DNA of 20,000 nucleotides from Plasmodiophora brassicae (Eukaryota): NCBI GenBank assembly GCA_036867785.1, contig CP145414.1, positions 1,425,324 to 1,445,323 of the forward strand, read 5' to 3'. Shown piece by piece: positions 1 to 10,233 of this stretch (position 1 is its first letter; each line of letters starts with the position of its first letter). The notes under the pieces were generated by a model. It saw only the letters and a program-made list of their open reading frames with translations, ran no database searches and was not told where the DNA came from. The position numbers and the translations under genes were made by a program.

Positions 1-569
1 AACGGACATTCGCGGTACGCGAACGTATCCCTTTTCGACAAGAAACACATATCATCTGACCGGCGACGTGGACAGTCGCCCGAATTTTCAACACGTACGG
101 CCCGCGGATGCTGGAGAACGATGGGCGCGTGGTCTCGAACTTCATCGTCCAGGCGCTGAAGGGAACCCCGCTGACTGTCTATGGCGACGGTTCTCAGACG
201 AGGTCATTCTGCTACGTCGACGACCTTGTCGACGGCCTCATTAGGTTAATGCAGGGCAGCGATGTGGGCCCAGTCAATCTCGGTAACGTGCGCACCCGCT
301 GTTGAAGCACCATGCACCGCTGACGCTCCTGCTATGCAGGGAATCCTGGCGAGTACACAATCAAGGAGCTGGCAGAGAAGATCCAAGGCATGATCAATCC
401 GGCCGTGCCGGTTGTCTTCAAGCCGCTGCCATCTGATGACCCCACTCGCCGCAAACCGGATATCACACGCGCCAAACAGAGCCTTTCCTGGGAGCCTCAG
501 GTTCCACTCGAGAAGGGACTTCGCCTGACGATTGAAGATTTCAAGACTCGCGTCCGCGTCGCCAAATAG
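1..569 (+). CDS. UXS1: UDP-glucuronate decarboxylase / UDP-xylose synthase (extended SDR), 3' part. Exons <1-14, 76-282, 340-569
   Basis: Spliced translation [34 protein letters not shown]...[19 protein letters not shown]...[16 protein letters not shown]...[17 protein letters not shown]...[11 protein letters not shown] matches the UXS1 C-terminal half. GT-AG introns 15-75 and 283-339 keep the frame. TAG at 567-569. Confidence 0.93.
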
Positions 570-1121
570 CTGGCCCTGACCAGAAATACGGCCTTCAAGA
601 GAACGTGCACGTCATAGTGGCGTCTAATGTCACAATGCATTCCATGTACTGTACTCTTACTTGCTTCATCTATAGCTGGTTTGCGTTTCGTCATGTTAGG
701 TTGGGCTTAGGCGCCGTCAACTGGCAACTCTCCTGCATCCTACCCGACTGTATGTCGCGAGGACGATGGGTTGAGGGCACGTGGCTGCGCTGCTGCTCAC
801 ATCTGGTACCAGTCGTGGTTACCACTTGTTCACACTTTGGTGACGAGCCTGGGTATCAAGTATGCACAGCGGCGAACCTTCCTCGCGTTCCAGGACAACA
901 GACTGCAAGTGGCCGGCGATCGACGTCTCTGACATAGTCCACATCATGCATGCACGCGAGAGTTCATTATTAACGCCTCTACTCGTAGGGAATCAACGAA
1001 ATTGTGCTTGGAGGAGTTATACGCTCGTAGGCACACAGACGTTTGGACGGTACCAGAAGTTTTATCTTCACTCGAATACGACGGAAGAGAGCATTGCTAG
1101 CAGAGGCAGTCCAGAAAAACA

Positions 1122-1666
1122 TTACTGTGCAGATATACGGGATAGAAAGGACGGCGTTGTTCGCCAAACGCTTCCAGCGCGGAAACGAGCGCCAACTGGT
1201 GAGGCAGCATACCGGATGGCGAAGATTAACAGTCCGCAATATATCAACCTCTTCATGGCATTGATCATTTTCAGGTTGGGTTTCGGGGCGCGGGCGACAG
1301 CGCCCACCGCTATCAGCGTTAGTGCCACAGCCTTCGGACGCCAGTTAGGATCTGCTTTGATCGATGGTAGTGGGTCCGGTCCGCGAATCGGTTCCTTGAA
1401 GTTGGCATCGAATATGGAGGCGAAGTATGAGGAACTATTGCCCTGAAATAATAGTAAACAAAAACCATATACGATAAGCAACGTACGCTAGCACAGACAT
1501 CCGTCCCTAATCGACGAAACGGTGACAGGACATTCATGGTGGACAACCCCAGGCTAGCCTGTAGCGGCATCCGATTTCAGAGAAGCGATACATACGTGCG
1601 ACTAATACAAACCTTAGTGACGTTTCTGGTTGACTGTGGCGGTGCGCTCTGAGGCAGCCTGTCCAT
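1122..1666 (-). CDS. Possible spliced hypothetical gene or gene remnant (candidate introns 1559-1612 and 1443-1486)
   Basis: On the - strand two GT...CAG segments of 54 and 44 nt can be removed in phase 0, giving MDRLPQSAPPQSTRNVTK|ASLGLSTMNVLSPFRRLGTDVCAS|GNSSSYFASIFDANFKEP... No family confidently recognised. Confidence 0.3.
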
Positions 1667-2123
1667 CGCGGTTCGAGCACTGGAAACACCCTGCAGCAGC
1701 AGGTGACTTAAACGATCCACTCCTGCCAGTGTTACCCGACGCAGACATGGACCATGGGCTTGGTAAACATAACGGGATGACGCAGGAATTTGGTAGGCCG
1801 AAGCAGGAATTTAGCGAGAAGATCCATGGGGGCGGGGAGACCGGCCTGAATCACCGTTTAGCCATGCGGCACGACTGCAGTGGAAGATGGCGGTCGCATA
1901 CGAACGAATTCGACGCTGACGTGGTTCCATGCAGAACTGCAGCGATCAAGACGCAGGCGGCGACAGCGACGACGCGTGACATTGGCCGGACCCAGCCCGT
2001 GCGCCCGTGCGGTTGCGTATCTGCGTGCCGTCTGTCTGAGTGGTTTGTGCCCTGTGGGCCCAGTGCGGTGCTTCCGCGTTCTTCGGAGTCCGTCCTGCCT
2101 GGCCTGTTGTCCATCAACCCATC

Positions 2124-2915
2124 ATGGATCTCGCCAAGTTGCCACCCGCTTTCAAGCTCGACGTCCTGCGACGCCTGCAAGCCTCGCCAACAGACGATCC
2201 GGATCTGCCCGATTGCTGTTCCGCATCGGACAACACACCGCCTCCTGGCCTCCCACCTCTGCTGCACACCTCGCGCCTAACGCTAATCACAGGTGATACG
2301 CTTCGCGAATTACATGACCATGGATTCGCGGTCGTCGACGGATTTCTACGCGATGGCAAGTACGCCGATACGATGTCTGCATCAGGTGTAGACCTGGCAC
2401 CGGCGTCCATGAATACGGCGTGGTCGACTTGGGTCGATGGGAGTATTCGTGGAGACAGCATGACGTTCTTGAGGCGCGACGATCCGACCATTCCAGATGC
2501 CATCATGAACGTTCGTAAGCTTCTCGACAAGTTGGCTCAGGAAATCGGGTCGGCGACAGGGATGTCTGTGCCCGAACCCGAAATCCAGCTGGCGCGATAC
2601 GACGGCAACGGCTCTCGATACCGGGCGCATTTGGATAGTACGGCAACGCGCTGCTCCCATCGCACGATCACTGCTGTTTTGTATTTGCCATCCGAGGACC
2701 GTGAGGCTGACCGGCGCCAATGGGATCCTGTGTCGGACGGCGGCTGTCTGAAACTGCACCTGTCGAATGGTCGTCATCGTCTGGTCGAACCGCAACCCAA
2801 TCGCCTCGTCCTGTTCGCCTCCCGTTGGATGCTTCATGAAGTCCTGCCATGCTATCGCGTGCGAACCGCTATGACCGCATGGATTTCGCTGGAGGCAATA
2901 ACAAGAACGGATTAA
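2124..2915 (+). CDS. 2-oxoglutarate/Fe(II)-dependent dioxygenase, prolyl-hydroxylase (PHD/EGLN)-like
   Basis: Motifs GFAVVDGFL, IRGD, QLARYDGNGSRYRAHLD (HxD), RTITAVLYL, DGGCLKL, VEPQPNRLVLF and HEVLPCYRVRTAMTAWI (distal His and 2OG-binding Arg). First ATG of the ORF is at 2124. Confidence 0.85.
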   Translation: MDLAKLPPAFKLDVLRRLQASPTDDPDLPDCCSASDNTPPPGLPPLLHTSRLTLITGDTLRELHDHGFAVVDGFLRDGKYADTMSASGVDLAPASMNTAWSTWVDGSIRGDSMTFLRRDDPTIPDAIMNVRKLLDKLAQEIGSATGMSVPEPEIQLARYDGNGSRYRAHLDSTATRCSHRTITAVLYLPSEDREADRRQWDPVSDGGCLKLHLSNGRHRLVEPQPNRLVLFASRWMLHEVLPCYRVRTAMTAWISLEAITRTD

Positions 2916-3183
2916 GACGCCCATATAAATGTAGTGTTCGATCTGCTCCTAGGGTCCGCCTCGATCCAGCCTGAGCATGCACTGCCTGTCCATACGGCAA
3001 GGTAGTCCAGGGAATAAGCTGAGGTGTAATCGATGTTTATTCGATATTGGCGTGCGGTGCGGCTACTGGGTTGTGGTACAGACTGCAGTCCCGGTGCGCA
3101 CGCGCCACGCAGACCCTGCAGCGGACGCCAGTGCGACTGCGTGGCGGCTACGTGCAAGGTGCCCGCGGCGTTCGCCAATCATC

Positions 3184-4290
3184 ATGGTGCAGTTGCCCGA
3201 CCTCGATCGGATTACACAGGCCGTTGTGAAGGTCGTTGCCCCTGAGAGTCTATCCATCAACAAGGCCGATGACGATCTGACGCCCGAGGAGCGGCGGGCA
3301 GCCGCTTGCGTCGCCGCTCTCCAACCTGGTGACCTGATTCTCGTGTCGACACCCGGCGCGTTCTACTCGTTCTTTCGCAGTGTCACGCGTCAACCTTATG
3401 ACCATATCGCCGGTGTTGTTACGGCTGATACGGCGCTGCACATCGGCCCGTATAAGGCGCGATTGTTGCCGATCGCTCGATTCCTGACCCCATCCCGCCA
3501 TCCACTCGTATGCACATGCGGGTCTTCTTCGGGCGGACCTTTCTGATTGCTGCACAGGTTCTAAGGCCCACGTTGTCCAATGAAGAACGGCAGAACTTCG
3601 TATCGGCACTTGAAGGCATGATTGGCCAGGATTACAACTTAGTCCAAGTGTTCGACCTGATCGTCAGGTATTATGCCGTGCTGTGCCCGACAGATTGAAG
3701 TGGTTGACGGGTACAAGTTCAGATTGACCATGCAGCGCCATTTTGGCATCCACATGCCAGCGGTACCACAACCTGCCGGCAACAGGTCTGCACTGATCTG
3801 TAGCCAGGCGCTCAGCGATGCATTGAGAATATCCAGCGCATCGTTCGGTGAACTTGCTGGCACTGGCTCGGACGCTAATGCTCTTGGGGCAGCGTCCATA
3901 AGCGACTTTGTTGACTTCTACAGACAGCACCCGGATCTGTTGCAGCGGGTCGAGTTGCCGTCTCTAGGTCCTGGTGGTGATGGCCGAGATGAGGCAGCAA
4001 TCTCGGAACCTGGCGATGAGATTGGCGTCGATGCCAGCGCATGGGAATCGGCTCTCGTTATCGTCCGCGCCTCATTGCTTCGTGTCGTACCACACGACTT
4101 CCGCAACCGGTTCGAATCGATGCTGAGACACGGCGAGGCCAGAATGGTGCACATCCCGGTCCCTGTCATCGTCTTCCTTTATATTGGCGTCATCATTGCC
4201 GTCTACCGACGTTACCCATTGCCAGCCCTGCTGGCATTCCTGGGCCCCGTTCTCAATCCGCCCCCTGCTGCCATCCAGAGCCGACTGTAA
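3184..4290 (+). CDS. Permuted papain-like NlpC/P60 (YiiX/YebB-like) protein with C-terminal hydrophobic segment. Exons 3184-3507, 3558-3667, 3723-4290
   Basis: LQPGDLIL...YDHIAGVV (His), G.DY, then LICSQ (Cys after His, the permuted order). GT-AG introns 3508-3557 and 3668-3722 join three ORF-track fragments in frame. Hydrophobic stretch VIVFLYIGVIIAVY. Confidence 0.7.
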
Positions 4291-4557
4291 AATGAGTAAT
4301 GTAGACAATATTGTCATGTCTCCTTCGCCATGTGTTTGAGGCACGGTCGCGATGCTGGGGGGCAGCGTACCCTGTCGTGAACGTTGCCCTACTGCAACCG
4401 GTATGATCTGCGGAATGGTGCTGCCGGGCTCCATCAGCATTCTAAATTCGCGTGCCGCCGGCGACGGCCGCCCGCAACTGCCGGACGTCAGTTTCCGGAA
4501 ATAGGCGTGCCTGAGCACGTCGCGCTGCCGGTACGGTGCATCGCCGACCAGAGCACC

Positions 4558-7152
4558 ATGTCGCAGTCGTTGTCGTCGGCGGCTGTTCGGGCAGCCGTCT
4601 CGGCCGGCAATCAGCCCGGGTCGTCGTCGTCGACGACGCCGTCGCTGAGCGCGGACCTCGAAGGCATGACGCGCGACGAGCTGGTCCTGTGCGTTGTTCG
4701 CGCGCGCGACAAGATCGCCGAACAGCATCGCGTCATCGAGGCACGCGACGACGAACTGCATCGTGTCCTAGAGCGCAACCGTTCGCTGTCGAAGCAGGTC
4801 GGCGACCTGCGCGCCCAGCTGCATGTCGCTCGGGGGCACATCGATGCGCCGGACGCGCCTGACGAGAACGCCGATGCGAATGCGTCCGATCCTGTCTTGC
4901 AGCGGTCGACAAACGGGCTCCAGGAACCGCCGGGCACCCTGCTTCAGTATGGGCCACCGTCGCCCTTCTTCTGGTCGGACCTCGCCGAACGCGAGACACG
5001 ATTGCGCGCCCTTGATCGGCACCTGAAATCCATCGATCGTCTCGGGACGACATTCTGTTCGGCCGGGCGCGACATGGCTATCGCTGCCAATGCTCTGGCA
5101 ATGCAGCTGTGTGCCGACTGGCGTGATGTCGAGATCGAATCGTCCACAGGCGACATGCTGTCGTTCAGCGGCAGCTTCCGAGCCTTGGGCGAAATCCTCA
5201 AAGAGCTGCAGGTCTTCCTCGACATACTCTGCTTCTCCATTGACAACACGCTCATGCAGCGTCTACGAGCGTACCGGTCGACGCTGACCAAGACGACTGC
5301 CCAGGTGCAAACGCTGTACAGGATGTGGGACGAGCTGGACGCCAGTGTGATCCGGTCGTTGACGCATGCGTCATCGGGCAAGTTTGCACGATCGAGACCG
5401 GACCTGGCCGCTCTCGATGCCAAGTTCCAACTGGCCGCTTTCGATTGCGTACGATGCGCATGTACGTCTCGAACCCTTATCGTGAACGCGTTGCCGTTTA
5501 GGTATCCGACGTGAACAAGGCTGTATCTGGCGGCAAGCTGGAGCTCCTCGAAGGCCTATGCGCGTCTCAGTATGCGCTGTTGTCATTCTTCCACTCTGGT
5601 CACGAGCTGTCCCTGTCGATGAATCCAGGCGCGAAACAGACCCAGGTGGCAATCGAAAGGCGCATGGCATGGCTTAATGAAGCGCAAGGCGAACTCTGTA
5701 TAGCCCGACGCCAACTAGAGGCTCGGTTAGCGTCGACCCCGTCCCGTGACGAACGGGCACACAGCACATCACCTCATGAAGGATCAACGCCAGGTGTCCG
5801 GTATCGGCGCCAGTCCACAGGTACGACTGCACCAGAGCTCGCCTGGTCTATCTAAGCTCATCCGATTCTGCAGGCGAACGACGTGCGTCTCGCATGACGA
5901 TATCCAAGCAAGGGTACCTGCTGAAACAGTCGTCCAGTTTGAAGAAGGATTGGAAGCGTCGATGGTGTGCACCACGTACTGCGTTCGTTTCTAGGTAGAC
6001 CTGACCAGTATACTTTGGCTTAGGTTCGTTCTAGAAGACGGTCAGCTGTTCTAGTTAGTCCATGGATGTTGGGTACCACATGATAACGTGATCTGACGCC
6101 CGTTTGTCCAGCTACCGTCCCGTTGATGTGAGCAGCGGCAGGACAAGTGTTTCACCAAACCCGACTGTCAGGCGGGATCTGGTTCCCGAGTTCGTCACCA
6201 ACATCTTGATCTGCACTGTCCGCCTAGTCGAGTCACCGCCATACTGCTTTGAGATTATTTCGCCGAACCGTCGCGTCTATGTCCTGCAAGCGGAGTCGCA
6301 GGACGATGCAACGTCCTGGATCGACTGCATCCAGAACTGCACTGAATTCATGCTCAGCAGCCGAGGGCCGGCATCGCCGTCCGCACGACAATTACCATTC
6401 GCGTCCGAACGCGTTCGCCAGGAACGAAGAAGCAATGTCATGGCGTTGATCATGTCGGCGAACTCGACCTGCGCCGACTGTGGGGATCCGCAGCCGGAGT
6501 GGGCCGCCATCAACCATGGCATCTCCATCTGCATCGAATGCAGCGGTATACACCGGTCCCTGGGATCGCACATCTCCAAGGTTCGCTCCCTGACACTGGA
6601 CGACATTCCCATCGATATCCTGCAACTGCTTATCGCTATCGGCAACGATCGGTTTAATGACACGTGGGAGGCTCTGCTGCCCCCAGATGACGGCACCAAA
6701 CCGTCGCCGGACGTCGCCCGGCACCGCAAGGAGATGTTCATTAGGCGAAAGTACATCAACAGGGAGTTCGTCGTCCGCCCGGTCGAGCACGAGCAGGATA
6801 TTGTCGACCGACGGGTATGCACCGCTGTGGATTTGCCTGTCAACGCATTGCTGATCCTGTCGTCGTCCTGTTGACCCAGCTATTGGAATGCAGCAGTCGT
6901 GGCCTCGTTCGTGAAATGGTCATTCTGCTGGGTCAAGGCGCGAACCTGGCGTACACGGATCCGTCCGATGGAAGCACGGCCCTGCACGTGGCGTGCGAAC
7001 AGGACCACGCTCTCGCTGTACAGTACCTTCTACTTCAGAGTGGCACTGATGCGAATGCACGGGACATCAATGGGCTGACCCCTCGCGATCGTGCTGTCCA
7101 TACTGGGGCGGACCGTGTTGTCGACCTGTTGGCATCAACTCCAATTGTATGA
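4558..7152 (+). CDS. ACAP/centaurin-beta-like ArfGAP (coiled coil, BAR, PH, ArfGAP, ankyrin). Exons 4558-5448, 5502-5820, 5874-5964, 6024-6053, 6112-6814, 6880-7152
   Basis: After splicing the PH domain reads [32 protein letters not shown]...CFEIISPNRRVYVLQAES...WI. ArfGAP zinc finger CADC-x16-CIEC-SGIHR plus SKVRSLTLD. Ankyrin GSTALHVAC. N-terminal SPFF followed by a helical BAR-like region. Five GT-AG introns of 53-65 nt restore the frame. Confidence 0.9.
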
Positions 7153-7361
7153 CATTGCCACACGCGTACATGTTCACATACGTACCGACCAACCGGCGGA
7201 AGCATCACACCTACCGTGTACTTTACCTATACCGTTTCACCTACACGATCATTATTCTAACAGCGTTCTCGTGTTATGGAAGTCGTCCCGAACGGTTGTT
7301 AGGATTGCGGCACGTGACCAGACTGGATACCATATATGTCAATAACGATCCCGATATATAG

Positions 7362-7627
7362 CATCCAACATGGACACTACTCACAGCATTTTCAACGACG
7401 TCAACTGCCCGATCCCGGCAGGATTCGATTGCAGATTAGTGTAGTACGGTCCCTCTCAGCACTGTGTCAGTGATCAGAGCGGTCTCATCCAATGCGGGCA
7501 GTACTCACACACTCCATCGAGGTCAATTATTGCCCGACTCGGCAGAAATCGACTGCAAGTACTGATTTATCAGCATCAGTTCAGCGACCAGAAACGGTGT
7601 CTCAGAATACGGCCAATACTCACAGCT
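7362..7627. repeat. Degenerate tandem repeat, unit ~115-124 bp, a little over 2 copies
   Basis: TACTCACA recurs at 7378, 7502 and 7617. Colinear blocks TGCCCGA..CGGCAG.A.TCGA.TGCA and TCAGCA...TCAG.GA.CAGA..CGGT..CTCA..AAT.CGG.CA occur in both units. Confidence 0.7.
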
Positions 7628-10027
7628 CTGTTAATAATAATTAATAGCCACAATCTTCTTTAAGAACCAACTTCTACGGCAAAAACAGCTGCATCCACCT
7701 GTGCATCCTCACTGCATCACCAATGGGAACCCCCTGCATCCCCATGAACTTGCGCCCACGGCTCCCCCGTACGGACTGCGATGCGGACACCCCTGTCAAT
7801 TTCGAGGAGATGGCTCGGCATCGTGCTCAGCGTCCGAGGCGCAACCGCCCACGCCTGGCTTCTGGTATGCTTTCGCGTCGCTCGTTTGAAACGTAGCAGC
7901 TTCTCAGAGCGTCTTACTGTAGCGTTTACGCTCACTGCTGCTCAAGAAGCTGTGGTTGCGCGACGCGTTGCTGAAGAGATCGCGAAGCTCGAGCTGCAGG
8001 TCAACGAGGAAGACCGAAGAAAGGTCTTCGGTAACAGAGTGCTTGCTGAGAATTCAGAAGCGTCTTACTACGTTCACTATCGTGGTCTCAAGCACTTCTG
8101 TGCCCTGATCGGCGACTACAAGTCGCTGATCCTGCTCGGTGACTGCATTCCCAAGTATGCCCCGTCCATGTTAGCCCGCACGATTGTACGCTACTTGGAC
8201 TGGAAGACCGGCGAGGAAGGATCTGCACTGCTTGACGTTAATGGCGCCTCAGTTGTCGACGTTGACGGTAACGCTGTCGTATGCGACGGGCAGTGGAAGA
8301 ATCCGGGAACACTTGTCCAGTTTCTCGCCGCCGTTTCGAACGCACACAAGGCCGCGGGCATGGACGGCGTTGCTTATGCCGAGCCATGCGACCAATGTGT
8401 CGATCTGTACGAAACGAGGGGTTCAGTCCGCGGCTGCCGCCATCATGCTGGACGGCCTGTGTTGAACCAGTGCGGAAACGTGAGGTTCAGTCAGGACGTT
8501 ATGGACGCCTACGCCCGGTTGAGCAAGGTCGTCCTGCGTGGATACGTCCCCCACGGCGACTCGATGGTGTCCCCAAAAGAACTCATGGACCTTAGGAACG
8601 TTCTGATGGGCACAGGCAGGATCAAAGACATTCGTCTATGGACGATGATTCTGTTCTCGGTTCGTCTGTTTCTTCGATCTGATGAAACAGTCAAGTGCAG
8701 AGTCGGCGATTTCGTCGAGCAGCTGACAGTTGTTGATGAAGGCGTCGTCAAGCAACTGGCGGTAACCATTAAGGGCAAGCGGGATACCAACCCAGTAGTT
8801 CTTCTTATCCACCGAGACGACGACGTTCCTGAGTTCTGTCTCCTGCGACACTTGTTAGCGTGGGTCAGTTTGTCGAGAACCGGACCCAACCGATCGGTAT
8901 ACCTCTTTCCGCACGCCAAGAAGCCTGATAGCCCGTTCCCGAAGAGCACGTTTCTACGTAATGCTGGGAAGATTGTTGAAGCGGTGACCGAAAGAGATGG
9001 GCCGTGGGGGACTCACTGGATGCGGAAGACCGGTGGCCTGTTAGGGACCTGGGGCGGAGCGTCCGACATCGACCTCCAGCACGCGTTCCGTCATTCCTCG
9101 ATGGCGATGACGTCACAGTACAAGGCGGACTCCTCAGCTCTGCTTGAGCATGCGAAGAATCAACCGTATGCCAGCTCACTGCATTGAGGTTCAGTTTACT
9201 GATATCATTCCATTAGGGACGACGCCATGATTCGACTTGCACCGCGATGGCGTCCCATTTACGTGGAGAACCTGCAGATGTGCGTCAATATGAATGCGCG
9301 CCAAGTAGACGACGACCTGGTTAGCCTTGCAAGACGCTTCGTCGATGATTTGATCCAGCAGGGCTGTCTGCGAAGCAGAGACCGTCTAAGCGGCCGCCAT
9401 CTCTGCGCGGGTATGTTGAAGAGCCGTGCAGCTGAGGATATCCAGCAGGAGGTCGACTGCTTGGTCTCCAAGTTCCGTGACGACGGCTATAGTCGCTCGA
9501 TCGACCGGCTTCTGAGCCTGCTCGCTCGCAAGCACTCGACCCTTGAGGCAGCAGGCGCTCGTCTCGTCCCTGCGTTGTCAGAGGATGACGATGATGATCC
9601 TGACGTTGACGAGTCCGGATCCGATGATGACGAAGTCGTCGACGGCGTGGTTGTACCTGCCGGTCGACAAGTCCCAGTTGACGGTCGCAACGAGCCCAAT
9701 CGTAGCGCCGTCCTGGATCCGCGCCCTGCAAAACGACGTCGCGTAGGCGGGGACGACAACAGCAGCAGGAGTGGAACTACCCAGACGGATGCATCAAGGC
9801 CACGAACAGGAGGTGGACGCGTCAGCAGCGCGTCATCTGCTAGGCGGACACAACGCGTGTTTGGCGAATTTGACGTCCCGGCGCGTCTCCAGCTGGCCGC
9901 TGATCGATCGCGTCCTGATTACGCCGGGACGAAAGCTACGTTGAACATTATTCGCGAGGTTGCGGAAGCAGCGAACGACGTTCCTTCCAACCAGTTCTCC
10001 AACGCGTTCCGCGTCTTCTATGGCCAG
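7362..10027 (+). mobile_element. Putative Crypton-type tyrosine recombinase DNA transposon, right end lost
   Basis: A stand-alone, spliced eukaryotic YR gene with no RT of its own fits the definition of Cryptons. The left boundary is only estimated from the upstream repeats. Confidence 0.55.
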
Positions 10028-10102
10028 TGTGCTAACGCCGCCGCTGCCCACTACGGGGGCGGTCGGTCGCAAGAGTCGGCGCCTGGTGATATAACGAACT
10101 GA
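7810..10102 (+). CDS. Intron-containing tyrosine recombinase (Crypton-like), C-terminally interrupted by an LTR at 10028. Exons 7810-7864, 7923-9165, 9217-10102
   Basis: Complete R-K-H-R-H-Y catalytic set: LFLRSDE, IKGKRD, GTHWMRKTG, AFRHSS, SQY. GTATGC...TAG introns 7865-7922 and 9166-9216 give a continuous 727-aa frame, of which the last 24 aa come from the LTR. Confidence 0.8.
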
Positions 10103-10224
10103 TGTATTTGGACAGGATCGTCACAGCAAGGGCCGCTGCGGGGTCGAGTACGGTCATGATCATGTGACCGGGTGGCAGCAGCATCTGAGCAGCATCATCT
10201 GAGTACTGGTACTCTGGATGAACA
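10028..10224 (-). repeat. 3' LTR of the outer Gypsy element (197 bp, TG...CA)
   Basis: TGTGCTAACG...GGATGAACA, with no differences I could see from 12412-12608 and 17551-17747. Confidence 0.97.
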
Positions 10225-10233
10225 CTCCCCGTG
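10225..10233 (-). promoter_or_regulatory. Short polypurine tract before the 3' LTR (also at 12609-12617)
   Basis: Element-sense TAA-CACGGGGAG-TGTTCATCC: a purine run abutting the LTR TG. Confidence 0.75.

Noticed and set aside
1630-6843. Many overlapping or antisense ORFs (e.g. 1630-2280, 4072-4761, 4944-5423, 6277-6843)
   Set aside because: Shadow frames of GC-rich genes with no recognisable motifs.
7362-7741. CRISPR-like array
   Set aside because: The whole units are similar rather than constant repeats with unique spacers, the context is eukaryotic and no cas genes are present.
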